Assembly (NCBI GenBank): GCA_038044925.1
Contig: JBBSZC010000004.1
Location: forward strand, 11,166 to 75,165
Source: Nanobdellota archaeon
GTDB taxonomy: Archaea > Nanobdellota > Nanobdellia > Pacearchaeales > GW2011-AR1
Reading direction: 5' to 3'
DNA length: 64,000 nucleotides
The notes below the pieces were generated by a model. That model saw only the letters and a program-made list of their open reading frames with translations, was not told the origin of the DNA and did no database searches. Of this stretch, positions 1-9,105 are shown one piece after another (the stretch's first letter is position 1; each line of letters opens with the position of its first letter). The position numbers and the translations under genes were made by a program.

Positions 1-77
1 TACACCACTTAAGCGATATTTTCTCGAGGAGGAATTATAATTTAGTTTTTTCACAATTTTAGACTAGATAATAAGAA

Positions 78-539
78 TTATTCTCTAAACACATATCTTC
101 CTCTATCTTTGTAAACGACTTCTCCTCTAAATTGTTCTCCCTTTTGATATAATTGAGATTGATAAGCTTGATTTAGAACTGATGCTACTTCATCAGCAGT
201 TTGATGATTAGTCGCATTTGGATAAGTTGCTTCCATCACATACCTTATTCCTGCATCTTTAGCTTCTCTTGCAATTTGAAGTAATTGAGGATCTCCTGTT
301 AAAGTATCTGTTCCTTCTATTAAAGAAAGTTCTAGTGGATTTGGAGTTTTAACACATTTTCTAATAAAAGGAAGTTCTTTTTCTATATCTCCTTTTATTG
401 CTTCACAATTAAAAAATGCGTATGCTTTCCCCACCTTTGTAGATTTCCTTGAATTATAGTCTTCTCTACTAGGATGAACTACAATACCTTGTCTATCAAC
501 AAAGGACATCTCTCTTGGAAATTCTATTTTGTTTGCCAT
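78..539 (-). CDS. hypothetical protein
   Basis: 153-aa ORF; no family motif recognised by eye. Confidence 0.3.
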   Translation of the reverse strand: MANKIEFPREMSFVDRQGIVVHPSREDYNSRKSTKVGKAYAFFNCEAIKGDIEKELPFIRKCVKTPNPLELSLIEGTDTLTGDPQLLQIAREAKDAGIRYVMEATYPNATNHQTADEVASVLNQAYQSQLYQKGEQFRGEVVYKDRGRYVFRE

Positions 540-656
540 AGATTATATAGTCATATCTACTATTTAAATCTTACTATTGTTGTTACTTAATAATTACATT
601 CTATACCTTATAATTTTATTACATATAATACAAATATTTATAAACTATATTGTAAT

Positions 657-1916
657 ATGATTATTATGTTGCAAGAAATAAAGGAGATAATAACATTACA
701 GAAACGGGAAATTGAAATAAAACTCAAAGAAAAGTATATTGAAAGAAATCAGAATTTGAAACTGAATAATGATTTGATAAAAGTGATAATTGGGCCTAGA
801 AGAGCTGGAAAATCATTTTTTGCAATACACTTTTTAAACAATCAAGGGAAATTTGGCTATGTGAATTTTGACGATGAAAAATTAACAGATGTAGATAATT
901 ATGATGAAATAATTACTGCTATGAACTCTGTTTACGATAATCCTAAATTTGTTCTTTTTGACGAGATTCAAAATCTGCCTAAATGGGAGCTATTTGCCAA
1001 TAGACTGCAAAGGCAAGGATATAATTTAGTTATTACTGGAAGCAACTCAAATCTTTTAAGCAGAGAATTAGCAACACATCTTACTGGAAGACATTTATTA
1101 ACCAACATCTTTCCATTTTCTTTTAAAGAATATCTCAAATTTGAAAATAAAGAATTAATAACTGCTGAAATAAAAGAAAAGTTATCACAATACTTACTTA
1201 ATGGGGGTTATCCAGAAATATTGTCAAAAAAAGTTGAATTAAAAGAATATCTATCCAATTTGTTTAATTCAATATTATACAAAGACATAGTAAAAAGATA
1301 TAAAATAAGAAATCCTAAACAGATTGAGGATTTAGCGCTTTATCTTATTTCAAATATTGCAAAGGAATATTCTTATAATTCCTTAACAAATATTGGGAAA
1401 ATTAAAAGTTCGCATACAACAGAAAAATACATTGGTTATTTAGAAGAATCTTTTATTTTGTTTAGTCTAAGTAGATTTTCATATAAAGTTAAAGAGCAAT
1501 TATCTTCAAACAAAAAAATTTATTGTATAGATAATGGATTTATTCAAGCAAAGGCATTTAAAATAAGCCCGGATATAGGGAAACTTTATGAAAATATAGT
1601 TGCCTGTAAATTAAAAAAAGAAGAAATAGATGTAAAATCAAATTTTTATTATTGGAAAAACCAACAGCAAGAAGAAGTTGATTTTGTTATAAAAGAAGGA
1701 ATAAAAATTAAACAATTAATTCAAGTTTGCTTTAATATAAAAGATTTAGAAACTAAAAATAGAGAAATAAGAGCTTTAATTAAAGCAAGTAAAGAACTTA
1801 AATGCAATAATCTTTTGATAATAACCGAAGATACAGAAAGTGAAGAAAAAACAGAATGGTTTGGAGATAAGGCAGTTATAAAATTTATTCCATTATGGAA
1901 GTGGCTTTTAGATTAA
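657..1916 (+). CDS. AAA+ ATPase of the AAA_14/DUF4143 family
   Basis: Walker A IIGPRRAGKS and Walker B LFDEIQ; C-terminal DUF4143-like region typical of archaeal COG1373 ATPases. Confidence 0.8.
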   Translation: MIIMLQEIKEIITLQKREIEIKLKEKYIERNQNLKLNNDLIKVIIGPRRAGKSFFAIHFLNNQGKFGYVNFDDEKLTDVDNYDEIITAMNSVYDNPKFVLFDEIQNLPKWELFANRLQRQGYNLVITGSNSNLLSRELATHLTGRHLLTNIFPFSFKEYLKFENKELITAEIKEKLSQYLLNGGYPEILSKKVELKEYLSNLFNSILYKDIVKRYKIRNPKQIEDLALYLISNIAKEYSYNSLTNIGKIKSSHTTEKYIGYLEESFILFSLSRFSYKVKEQLSSNKKIYCIDNGFIQAKAFKISPDIGKLYENIVACKLKKEEIDVKSNFYYWKNQQQEEVDFVIKEGIKIKQLIQVCFNIKDLETKNREIRALIKASKELKCNNLLIITEDTESEEKTEWFGDKAVIKFIPLWKWLLD

Positions 1917-1930
1917 TTATATATCACGAG

Positions 1931-1970
1931 GAAAAATGTCAGGAAGTTAATCCTTAGGATTAAGTAATTC
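1931..1970 (+). repeat. direct repeat copy 1 flanking the TA cassette; 22-bp core TTAATCCTTAGGATTAAGTAAT (7-bp stem, 3-nt loop hairpin)
   Basis: Core identical to 2667-2688; the upstream gaaaa(a)tgt also matches. Confidence 0.8.
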
Positions 1971-2049
1971 ATTGAGTAAATTGTTGGTTCTTTAATCCTA
2001 TTCTCTCATAAAACAAAAAATATATAAACTATAGTCATTCTATAGAACT

Positions 2050-2289
2050 ATGGTAACAACAATTCAATTAAATGAGAATGTAAAAAATGCTCTAGATAGA
2101 TTAAAATCTAATAAAGAAACCTATGAAGACATAATTGTTAAGATGATTAATCAAATAGATGAACAGAAAAGAAAGCATATTGAACTGATGATCGAAGGGG
2201 CTAAGGAAACTGCTGAAGAAAGTTTAAAGATTACAAAAGAATTTGAGGCAATTGAAGAAGATTTTGATTGGGAATGGAAAGATAACTAA
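2050..2289 (+). CDS. putative antitoxin (RHH-like) of the MazF-family toxin
   Basis: 79-aa ORF ending 2 nt before the toxin start; N-terminal TTIQLNENVKNALDRLK resembles a ribbon-helix-helix strand-helix. Confidence 0.5.
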   Translation: MVTTIQLNENVKNALDRLKSNKETYEDIIVKMINQIDEQKRKHIELMIEGAKETAEESLKITKEFEAIEEDFDWEWKDN

Positions 2290-2290
2290 A

Positions 2291-2635
2291 ATGGAAATCA
2301 AGAAAGGGGATGTTGTTCTGGTAAATTTTGAACCTGTCAGGGGAAGTGAGCAGAGAGGGATTAGACCTTCACTAATTATACAAAATGATATTTTTAATAA
2401 GTACTCGCCAACTACAATTGTTGCCCCAATAACTTCAAAATTATTCAAAAAAGAATATCCTACTAATGTTTTTATAAAAAAAGAGGATTCAAAACTCAAT
2501 AGGGATTCAACTATTTTGTTAAATCAAATTAAAACCATTGATAAATCAAGAATCATAAAAAAGATAAGTTTGGTAGATATTTTTACTATGAACAAAGTGG
2601 ATAGAGCAATTAAGGTTAGTCTGGCAATTGATTAA
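2291..2635 (+). CDS. mazF: MazF/PemK-family endoribonuclease toxin
   Basis: KGDVVLVNFEPVRGSEQRGIRPSLIIQ and later IVAPITS match the MazF/PemK signature; start taken at the internal ATG at 2291 just after the antitoxin stop. Confidence 0.8.
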   Translation: MEIKKGDVVLVNFEPVRGSEQRGIRPSLIIQNDIFNKYSPTTIVAPITSKLFKKEYPTNVFIKKEDSKLNRDSTILLNQIKTIDKSRIIKKISLVDIFTMNKVDRAIKVSLAID

Positions 2636-2650
2636 TTCTAGATAATTAAG

Positions 2651-2690
2651 GAAAATGTTGCTATCTTAATCCTTAGGATTAAGTAATCGT
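2651..2690 (+). repeat. direct repeat copy 2 flanking the TA cassette
   Basis: 22/22 core identity with 1947-1968. Confidence 0.8.
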
Positions 2691-2703
2691 GTAGGTATGT
2701 TAC

Positions 2704-3357
2704 CTAAATTTCCATTAAAACCTCTCCTATGTTAACAACTCTCGCATCAGCGTCCATATCTAATCTTGGACAAGCAGTATTTATCCATGAGCCAATATGC
2801 GGGAAATTATCGAGATCTTTAAAATTTATATCGCTGGTGAGGAATAAATATGGAATCTTATTATTTTTTTCAAGCTTGTTCTTTATTTCTATTGCTTTTT
2901 TAAAATTCTCTTGTCCTGGTTTTAGAGAAACTATAATTCCAATGCTTTTTGAATGAAGGTATTTAATATAAGATGCTTGTTTTTTTCTTTTGAATAAATC
3001 TATTTCATTATTGTTAATTTTGTAAAAAGAATTTCCTTCTAATATATAAACAGGAATTTTACTTTCTAATTGAAATGCTATATTTATTGCGTGAAATTTT
3101 CCAGAGCCTATTAATATAACTGCATTTTCTTCCCTTAGATTTATTTTTGAACAGCCTAAAACCTGAGAGAATTGCCTTATTTTATGTTTTTTATTAAGAA
3201 TATTTTTTATTTCAAGTGCCTCATCTTGGAATTGTATAGAATAATAAATAGCTATATTTTTTGGCAGTTTTAATTTTTTTAAATTTGAAATTAATATGTT
3301 TCTGTCTAAATGAGATATTCTCTTTGCAGATATTAATATAGTTTTCATGAAAAACAT
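2704..3357 (-). CDS. Dph2-like (diphthamide synthesis radical-SAM) domain protein, apparently shortened
   Basis: C-terminal SWINTACPRLDMDAD resembles the conserved Cys region of Dph1/Dph2; only 217 aa. Confidence 0.35.
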   Translation of the reverse strand: MFFMKTILISAKRISHLDRNILISNLKKLKLPKNIAIYYSIQFQDEALEIKNILNKKHKIRQFSQVLGCSKINLREENAVILIGSGKFHAINIAFQLESKIPVYILEGNSFYKINNNEIDLFKRKKQASYIKYLHSKSIGIIVSLKPGQENFKKAIEIKNKLEKNNKIPYLFLTSDINFKDLDNFPHIGSWINTACPRLDMDADARVVNIGEVLMEI

Positions 3358-3539
3358 TAAGAAACAGGGGTTTTAAAGTTTTTGAATTAAGGATAATTCA
3401 CCCCGCATCAGGCTTATAGCCATGATGCTACGCTAAGAAATAAATTAATGTAGAAAACTTCAACTAATATGATTGCATATTTATAAATAACACCTAATTA
3501 ATTTGTGAATGTAATGAACAGAAATTAAGAGTAGACGAT

Positions 3540-3780
3540 GGCTGAATGTCAAGAACTATACACTAAAGCTTCAGGAATGTAAATTCCTGACAGTCATCAA
3601 AAATCTTTGATTTTTGAGATGTATAGCGTGTTCTTCTAGTTCTTGAGCACACTCAAGACATCAAGATTTGCTTTAAGTTCTTGCAAATCTTGTGGCCGTC
3701 AAGATGCTTTGCATCTTGAGGTTTGCTTTTCCTTTCTCACGAACTAAAATAAGGAGTTTACATAAAATGCAAATCTTGAT
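3540..3780. other. array of imperfect palindromes (CAAGAT...ATCTTG arms); candidate structured ncRNA or operator array in a 420-bp intergenic region
   Basis: Hairpins at 3572-3589, 3597-3617, 3642-3657, 3662-3692 (10-bp stem) and 3700-3718; unusually long intergenic gap. Confidence 0.25.
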
Positions 3781-3783
3781 GTA

Positions 3784-4182
3784 TTAATATTCAAATTTGT
3801 TTGTTTTTTTGTCTTCTTTTGGGACTATAGTTTCTTTGTGGATCTTTGCGAATGAAGGAGTTACAATAACTATATTTTCTCCGAAACCTGCAATGCTTCC
3901 TTCAAGAGCTTCTGTTGTTTTTTTTATTTTTGATACTGCCCTCTTTAATTCAATAGAATCCTTTTGTCTAAGAGTTTTAATATCTATTACTGCAATTGTG
4001 TAGCCTTCCCTCAAAGAAGTTAAAATTTCATTGACATCTTCATAATTTTTTAAGAAAAATAATTTTACAAGAACCTTGCTGTCTTTTTCTTTTGCACCTA
4101 AATCCAATTCAAGATACTCGTCGCCTGAATATTCGTCGTTGAGAGAACCTCTCAACCTCTTTCTTAATCTATCAAACACCAT
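3784..4182 (-). CDS. sepF: cell division protein SepF (DUF552)
   Basis: YEDVNEILTSLREGYTIAVIDIKTL...GENIVIVTP matches the SepF family; FtsZ is 3 kb away. Confidence 0.75.
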   Translation of the reverse strand: MVFDRLRKRLRGSLNDEYSGDEYLELDLGAKEKDSKVLVKLFFLKNYEDVNEILTSLREGYTIAVIDIKTLRQKDSIELKRAVSKIKKTTEALEGSIAGFGENIVIVTPSFAKIHKETIVPKEDKKTNKFEY

Positions 4183-4247
4183 GATTTAATGAATTTATAT
4201 CAATTTATAAATATTTCGTAACTATTTTGTATATTTTAGAGATTTAA

Positions 4248-4577
4248 TCACTTTTTTTTAGAATTATCCCTCAAAATCTCTTCTCTAAGTTGAATTAGCC
4301 CTTCTTTTAAAGAATTCTCTTGTTTTTCCAGTGAATTTAAACGCAAATCAAGAAGCTTTTCTTTACTCTTTAACTCTTCAGTGATCTTTTCTTTGTCAGT
4401 TTTAAACATTATCTGCCCTACAACCTTAAAAATCTCGTCTGAAGATTTTCCTAACTCCTCTAAAGAAGATTGTGTTTCAGAAATCTCTAGTTGAAATGCT
4501 TGTTTTTGAATAAGTATGGCTTGCAGATTTTGCTCTATTATCTGAAGCTCTTGAATCTTTTCTTGTTTTTCAGCCAT
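4248..4577 (-). CDS. pfdB: prefoldin beta subunit
   Basis: 109-aa coiled-coil/beta-hairpin/coiled-coil layout with FKVVGQIMFKTDKEK in the middle; conserved archaeal L37ae-RpoP-prefoldin neighbourhood. Confidence 0.75.
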   Translation of the reverse strand: MAEKQEKIQELQIIEQNLQAILIQKQAFQLEISETQSSLEELGKSSDEIFKVVGQIMFKTDKEKITEELKSKEKLLDLRLNSLEKQENSLKEGLIQLREEILRDNSKKK

Positions 4578-4721
4578 TTTTGTTTATACAGCTTTTATCT
4601 TTCTATTAAAAGTTCGAGGCTTGTAGAAGATTTTACTTCCGCAGTAAGGACAGAGGAATCTTTTTTCAAGATTCGTGTTTGTTATCTTCTTTTCACACTT
4701 GAAACATTTATATTGTGCCAT
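4578..4721 (-). CDS. rpoP: DNA-directed RNA polymerase subunit P (Rpo12/RpoP)
   Basis: 47-aa ORF not in the track: MAQYKCFKCEKKITNTNLEKRFLCPYCGSKIFYKPR, a CxxC...CPYCG zinc ribbon. Confidence 0.7.
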
Positions 4722-4736
4722 TTTTAGTTTTTTATT

Positions 4737-4955
4737 CTAATCTAAGTAAAAAGTATTTGAAGCAAATTTTTTTCTGCATTTTTTACATTGCCAAATTCCT
4801 TTTGAAACTCTTTTTACTCCAAATCTATTGCAAAAGGTACATTTTTGTTTTTGTCTTTGTTTTGATTCAACTTTTACTAACTTGTCTTTTACTTTCTTTC
4901 CGTATCTTGCTCCAAACCTTCCTGCTGATTTTGCTTTTTTTAGTTTTGTTGCCAT
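4737..4955 (-). CDS. rpl37ae: ribosomal protein L37Ae (eL43)
   Basis: GRFGARYG...CTFCNRFGVKRVSKGIWQCKKC zinc ribbon. Confidence 0.85.
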   Translation of the reverse strand: MATKLKKAKSAGRFGARYGKKVKDKLVKVESKQRQKQKCTFCNRFGVKRVSKGIWQCKKCRKKFASNTFYLD

Positions 4956-4968
4956 ATTAAGTATAAAA

Positions 4969-5083
4969 TGGGGATACGCGGATTTGAACCGCGGTCGCGA
5001 GGTGTTTAGGAAGCGTCTTAAGATATCCTCCTCGAGACTTCTTCACCCAAACCTCGAAGGCTACCAGACTACCCCATATCCCC
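4969..5083 (-). tRNA. tRNA-Pro (anticodon TGG) with an intron of about 42 nt after position 37
   Basis: Reverse complement gives GGGGATA acceptor, D loop AGTCTGGTAG, anticodon stem CGAGG/CCTCG, loop TTTGGG with a spliced-in A at position 38, T arm CGCGGTTCAAATCCGCG, 3' TATCCCC-A. Confidence 0.7.
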
Positions 5084-5115
5084 TTAAATTAAGAGAGCTG
5101 GGAGATATTTATAAA

Positions 5116-5850
5116 TTATTTCTTTTCTGGCTTTGCTAAAGGCTTTTCTTCTTTAGCCTTTTCTGGTTCTTTCTTAATTTCTGTAGTTCCAGTAGCTGCT
5201 ACAGGTGTTCCGGCTAGAGCTTTTTTAGCTTCTGCTTCTGCAGCTGCAGCTTCAGCAGCAGCTTTTTCCTGCTGTAATAATTTCTCTTGAGCTTCTTTAA
5301 CTTCCTTAAAATATTTATCCAATTCTATTTTCTTATCAGAAGAGGTTTGAGTTCTTTCTTCTTTAATTTCTCTATCATATTTTCCTTTTTCAATTTCCCT
5401 AATTGCTTCAACTGCAGGTTTATTTTCTATTAAAATTCCTAAGGAAACACATGTTCCGGCAATTGTTTTTACTGCAGATTTTAAATCCCTGCAAAGCATA
5501 TTTGGAAGTTTTTGTTTTGCAACTGAGATTATTTGTTCAATAGAAGCATTAGCAATGTTCATTTTTTTCTGGATTCCTGAACCTTTTTCAATTCCTAACT
5601 CTCTTTTCAATAAACCTGAAGCAGGCGGAGAAAAAACTTCTATACTGAATGTTTTTGATGATGTGTCTACATCTAATTCTGCAGGGACTTTTAATCCCTT
5701 GAAACTTGAAGTTGCTTCATTTATTTTTTGTATTACTTGCCCAATATTAATTCCTGCAGGGCCAAGCTTCTGGCTAAGAGCAGGACCTGGTTTCATTTCT
5801 CCACCCTCAACTAAAAGTTTAATTTTCATTAGTATTTCCTCCTTCTTCAC
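5116..5850 (-). CDS. rpl11: ribosomal protein L11 (uL11) with an Ala/Glu/Lys-rich C-terminal extension of about 80 aa
   Basis: MKPGPALSQKLGPAGINIGQ N-terminal motif; low-complexity tail EKAAAEAAAAEAEAKK... Confidence 0.85.
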   Translation of the reverse strand: MKKEEILMKIKLLVEGGEMKPGPALSQKLGPAGINIGQVIQKINEATSSFKGLKVPAELDVDTSSKTFSIEVFSPPASGLLKRELGIEKGSGIQKKMNIANASIEQIISVAKQKLPNMLCRDLKSAVKTIAGTCVSLGILIENKPAVEAIREIEKGKYDREIKEERTQTSSDKKIELDKYFKEVKEAQEKLLQQEKAAAEAAAAEAEAKKALAGTPVAATGTTEIKKEPEKAKEEKPLAKPEKK

Positions 5851-6280
5851 GTCTTACGACACGAATATTATCGAGCTTAATTGTTACTGGCAATGGAACA
5901 ACTGCCCCAAGCAGACTAACAACTACCTCTTCTTTTTGTTTGTCTATTCTTAAAACTTTTGCTTTTTCTTTCTTGAATGGTTCTGCAATTATTTCAACGA
6001 TGTCTCCTTCTTTTATTGAAATTGATTCTGGAGAAGGCTCTACCATATTTTTTATTTCCTCGTAAGTTATTGTTTTTCCTACAATACCTTTAACATAAGG
6101 AAGATTAAATGCGGCCTCTTCTGCTGTTTCTCTATCTTCTGTTTCTAAAAGAATATATCCTCTTAAACCATGGGGCCTTGAAACAGAAAAAACATTTAGC
6201 TGTTTTTTTTCTGCTCTTTCTGCGATTAAATCAACAGCACTTTCTTCTTTGTTTGTTGTAACTTTTATTATGAAAATCAT
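5819..6280 (-). CDS. spt5: transcription elongation factor Spt5 (NusG)
   Basis: NGN domain then KOW (KEGDIVEIIAEPFKKEKAKV); directly upstream of L11 as in archaea. Confidence 0.8.
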   Translation of the reverse strand: MIFIIKVTTNKEESAVDLIAERAEKKQLNVFSVSRPHGLRGYILLETEDRETAEEAAFNLPYVKGIVGKTITYEEIKNMVEPSPESISIKEGDIVEIIAEPFKKEKAKVLRIDKQKEEVVVSLLGAVVPLPVTIKLDNIRVVRREEGGNTNEN

Positions 6281-6390
6281 TTGTTAAAATATTATTTTTT
6301 ATTTTTATTAGTTCTAACTATCTTCTTAATTGCTAAGAAGCAGTAATAGTATTTAAAAATAGTGCTTTATAAATTTTTTGTAGGAGGTTT

Positions 6391-6774
6391 TTAAGAAGGA
6401 CTACCAAGTCTATTTCTTCCTAAATACTTTTCAAGTTTTTGGCTTAATTTCCTCCTAATAAAATCGGAATTAAGATTATATAATTTTGTTCTTAAATCTT
6501 CAACTTGCCGTCGATATTCTTGGTTATCTGGATTAGCTATGTGGTTTCTTATCATTTCCCTTTGTTCATATTCTCTTGGAAGTTCGTCTTGTTGTTTTTT
6601 ATATTCTTTTTGAACTGCTTTTTCTAATATAATAGAGTAGTCAAGAGTATATTTCCCCCGTTGTTTAATAGTTCCATGTGTAATTGTTTGAGAACCGGCA
6701 ATACCCCCCACACTCACCTCTTCAATTGAGAGAAAAACACCTTCACTTAAAATCTTTTTAGCAACAAAAAACAT
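6391..6774 (-). CDS. hypothetical protein
   Basis: 127-aa ORF between Spt5 and SecE. Confidence 0.3.
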   Translation of the reverse strand: MFFVAKKILSEGVFLSIEEVSVGGIAGSQTITHGTIKQRGKYTLDYSIILEKAVQKEYKKQQDELPREYEQREMIRNHIANPDNQEYRRQVEDLRTKLYNLNSDFIRRKLSQKLEKYLGRNRLGSPS

Positions 6775-6967
6775 ATATCTAAAATCATTTTCATTAGTTC
6801 TCCAATCGGGATGTTCCCTAAATGCTCTATCATCATTTAAATATATCTGAGGTAATAATTATTCAATTATTTTTATCCTTCTATCTATCTGTTTAATGCC
6901 CATATTGATGAGGATTAAATATGCTTTAAAAATTTATATGTTTTATTTATAAATTTTTGCTTGGTTT

Positions 6968-7153
6968 TTATTTTACGAAAAAAGAAACTAATATAGAAAC
7001 AAGAAAGCCCAATGCTCCAATTATTGCTATTCCAACTGCAGAAACTTTTGCAATCATCTCAAATTCTTTTCTTGTTGGTTTTTTAAGAACATGCCAAACT
7101 CTGATACATTTTTTTGTGAATTCTTTAAGATTATTTAAAAAAGCATTAGTCAT
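6968..7153 (-). CDS. secE: preprotein translocase SecE (Sec61 gamma)
   Basis: 61 aa; single C-terminal TM AVGIAIIGALGFLVSILVSFFV; upstream of Spt5. Confidence 0.7.
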   Translation of the reverse strand: MTNAFLNNLKEFTKKCIRVWHVLKKPTRKEFEMIAKVSAVGIAIIGALGFLVSILVSFFVK

Positions 7154-7206
7154 AATAAGATATTATAATAGGGGTTTTTAAGTTTTGCGGGAAAAAAGAA
7201 AAAACC

Positions 7207-8304
7207 TTACTCCAAAAATTCAATCCCTAACTCTTCTTCAATCTCTTTGTGCCTTCTATCCTCAAGACTATCTCCTTGTCCGACGATCTGAGAGCTCTTT
7301 ACGCCTGTGACAATCAATAAAACCCTGATAGATTTTTCCATATCTTCTGAAATCTGCGCACCCCAAATCATTTTTGCATCAGGAGATAATTTATTTCCAA
7401 CTGTTTCAATTATTGATTTGCATTCATCTAAGCTCATATCAGATCCTCCAATTATATTTATTAGAGCGCCTGTTGCATCTGAAATATCCACATCCAGCAA
7501 AGGATTTTGAATTGCCTTTTCAACAGCTTCTGTTGCCCTATTTTGAGAATCTGATTCTCCCATGCCTATTAAAGAAACTCCTCCATCTATCATTATTGCT
7601 TTTATGTCTGCAAAATCCAGATTTACAAGACCTGATTTTGTTACCAATTCTGTTGTACCTTTTACGGCATTTGTTAGAATTTCGTCTGCAATTTTAAATG
7701 CAGTATGTAACGGCAGTTCAGGAGCTAATTCCAGCAGTTTATCATTAGGAATTACTATTAATGTATCAACACTATCCTGCATTCTCTCTAAACCATTCAT
7801 TGCATTTTCGATTCTTTTTCTTCCTTCTATTGAAAATGGAAGCGTAACAATTCCAATTACTAGAGCTCCTTGTTTTTTTGCTATTTCAGCGATTATTGGA
7901 GCAGCGCCTGTTCCTGTTCCCCCCCCTAATCCGCAGGTAATAAATATCATGTCGCTTCCTAAAAGTTTTTTCTTTATTTCTGACTCTGATTCTTTTGCTG
8001 CTTCTGCCCCTATCTTTGGATTGCTTCCTGCTCCTAAACCCTGAGTTAATTCTCTTCCAATTAAAATTTTTTGGTCTGCATTAGCGTATAATAGATCCTG
8101 GGCATCTGTGTTCACTGCTATAAGTTCCCCTCCTTTAATCCCTATTTCCCTCATTCTGGAAAGAGAATTATTCCCTCCGCCTCCAACACCTATAACTTTT
8201 ATTTTTGCGTTTTGTTTTTTTAGTAATTCTTCTAATTCCTTATCTATTTCACTGACATTTGAAGAAATATCTATTCTGTGTTCATCCCTTTGTACAACTG
8301 CCAT
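7207..8304 (-). CDS. ftsZ: cell division GTPase FtsZ
   Basis: IGVGGGGNN, tubulin signature GGGTGTGAAPIIAEIAK. Confidence 0.9.
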   Translation of the reverse strand: MAVVQRDEHRIDISSNVSEIDKELEELLKKQNAKIKVIGVGGGGNNSLSRMREIGIKGGELIAVNTDAQDLLYANADQKILIGRELTQGLGAGSNPKIGAEAAKESESEIKKKLLGSDMIFITCGLGGGTGTGAAPIIAEIAKKQGALVIGIVTLPFSIEGRKRIENAMNGLERMQDSVDTLIVIPNDKLLELAPELPLHTAFKIADEILTNAVKGTTELVTKSGLVNLDFADIKAIMIDGGVSLIGMGESDSQNRATEAVEKAIQNPLLDVDISDATGALINIIGGSDMSLDECKSIIETVGNKLSPDAKMIWGAQISEDMEKSIRVLLIVTGVKSSQIVGQGDSLEDRRHKEIEEELGIEFLE

Positions 8305-8335
8305 ATTATCAAAAGAAACTTAGAGTTTATAAAAA

Positions 8336-9046
8336 TTATTGTGCACTATTTTTTGTATTTTTTGGCTTTTTTGGTTTAGGTTTCTCTGGAAGAATTTCCT
8401 CACTTACCTCTTTAATTTCCATATTTAATCCTAAAATATCCTTAAATTTATCTTTGAATAACTCTATAAATTTGGTGAATTTCTTGTCAGACTTTATTAT
8501 GATCTTATTATCTTTATCTATCTCAAAATCTAAACTTTTTCCAAAGAAAAACTCCATTAAAGAATGTACTTTTTCATTTAAATCATTGATTTTCCTTAAA
8601 ACATTAATTTCGTAGCTGACTGTTTTACCTGCTAAAGGATTATTAAAATCTGCCATTACTCTTCCGCCTGAAACAGAAATTATTTTTGCTATATTGCTGT
8701 CAAAATTAAAAATCATCCCTGGTTCTGGATTTATTTTTTGCTCTATAAATGCTTTTAATGGAATTAGTTTTATCAAAGCAGGATTTCTTTTTCCAAAAGC
8801 TTGTTCTGGCTGAAGAGTTATATTATAAGTTTTTCCTATTTCTTTATCTATTAAAAATTCATCAATTTTTTCCAAAAACATTCCATGGCCTATTGAAAAA
8901 ATAAGGGGCCTTGTTTTTTCTGCTTGAGTTGGATTTAATTTTTCCAGTTCTTTTTTTATGTTAGAATCAAATACTTCTCCTGTTTCAAATCTTCCTATAA
9001 ATTCAACTTCTATAAAGTCGTTTTTGTTTATCTTATTGTCTGCCAT
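8336..9046 (-). CDS. FKBP-type peptidyl-prolyl cis-trans isomerase (SlyD-like, with IF insert)
   Basis: NPLAGKTVSYEINVLRK FKBP C-terminal strand; domain layout of archaeal long FKBPs. Confidence 0.8.
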   Translation of the reverse strand: MADNKINKNDFIEVEFIGRFETGEVFDSNIKKELEKLNPTQAEKTRPLIFSIGHGMFLEKIDEFLIDKEIGKTYNITLQPEQAFGKRNPALIKLIPLKAFIEQKINPEPGMIFNFDSNIAKIISVSGGRVMADFNNPLAGKTVSYEINVLRKINDLNEKVHSLMEFFFGKSLDFEIDKDNKIIIKSDKKFTKFIELFKDKFKDILGLNMEIKEVSEEILPEKPKPKKPKNTKNSAQ

Positions 9047-9105
9047 TAAAAGAAAAAAAAATGGATATTTATAAATTCGAGCCCAAAAATGTATTGTAAT
9101 TTAGA

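Noticed and set aside
7374-8044. ORFs 7307-7510, 7374-7697, 7562-8044 and 8108-8323 on the plus strand
   Set aside because: They lie antisense to ftsZ, have a low-complexity Leu/Ser-rich composition and no motifs. They are shadow ORFs of a well-supported gene.
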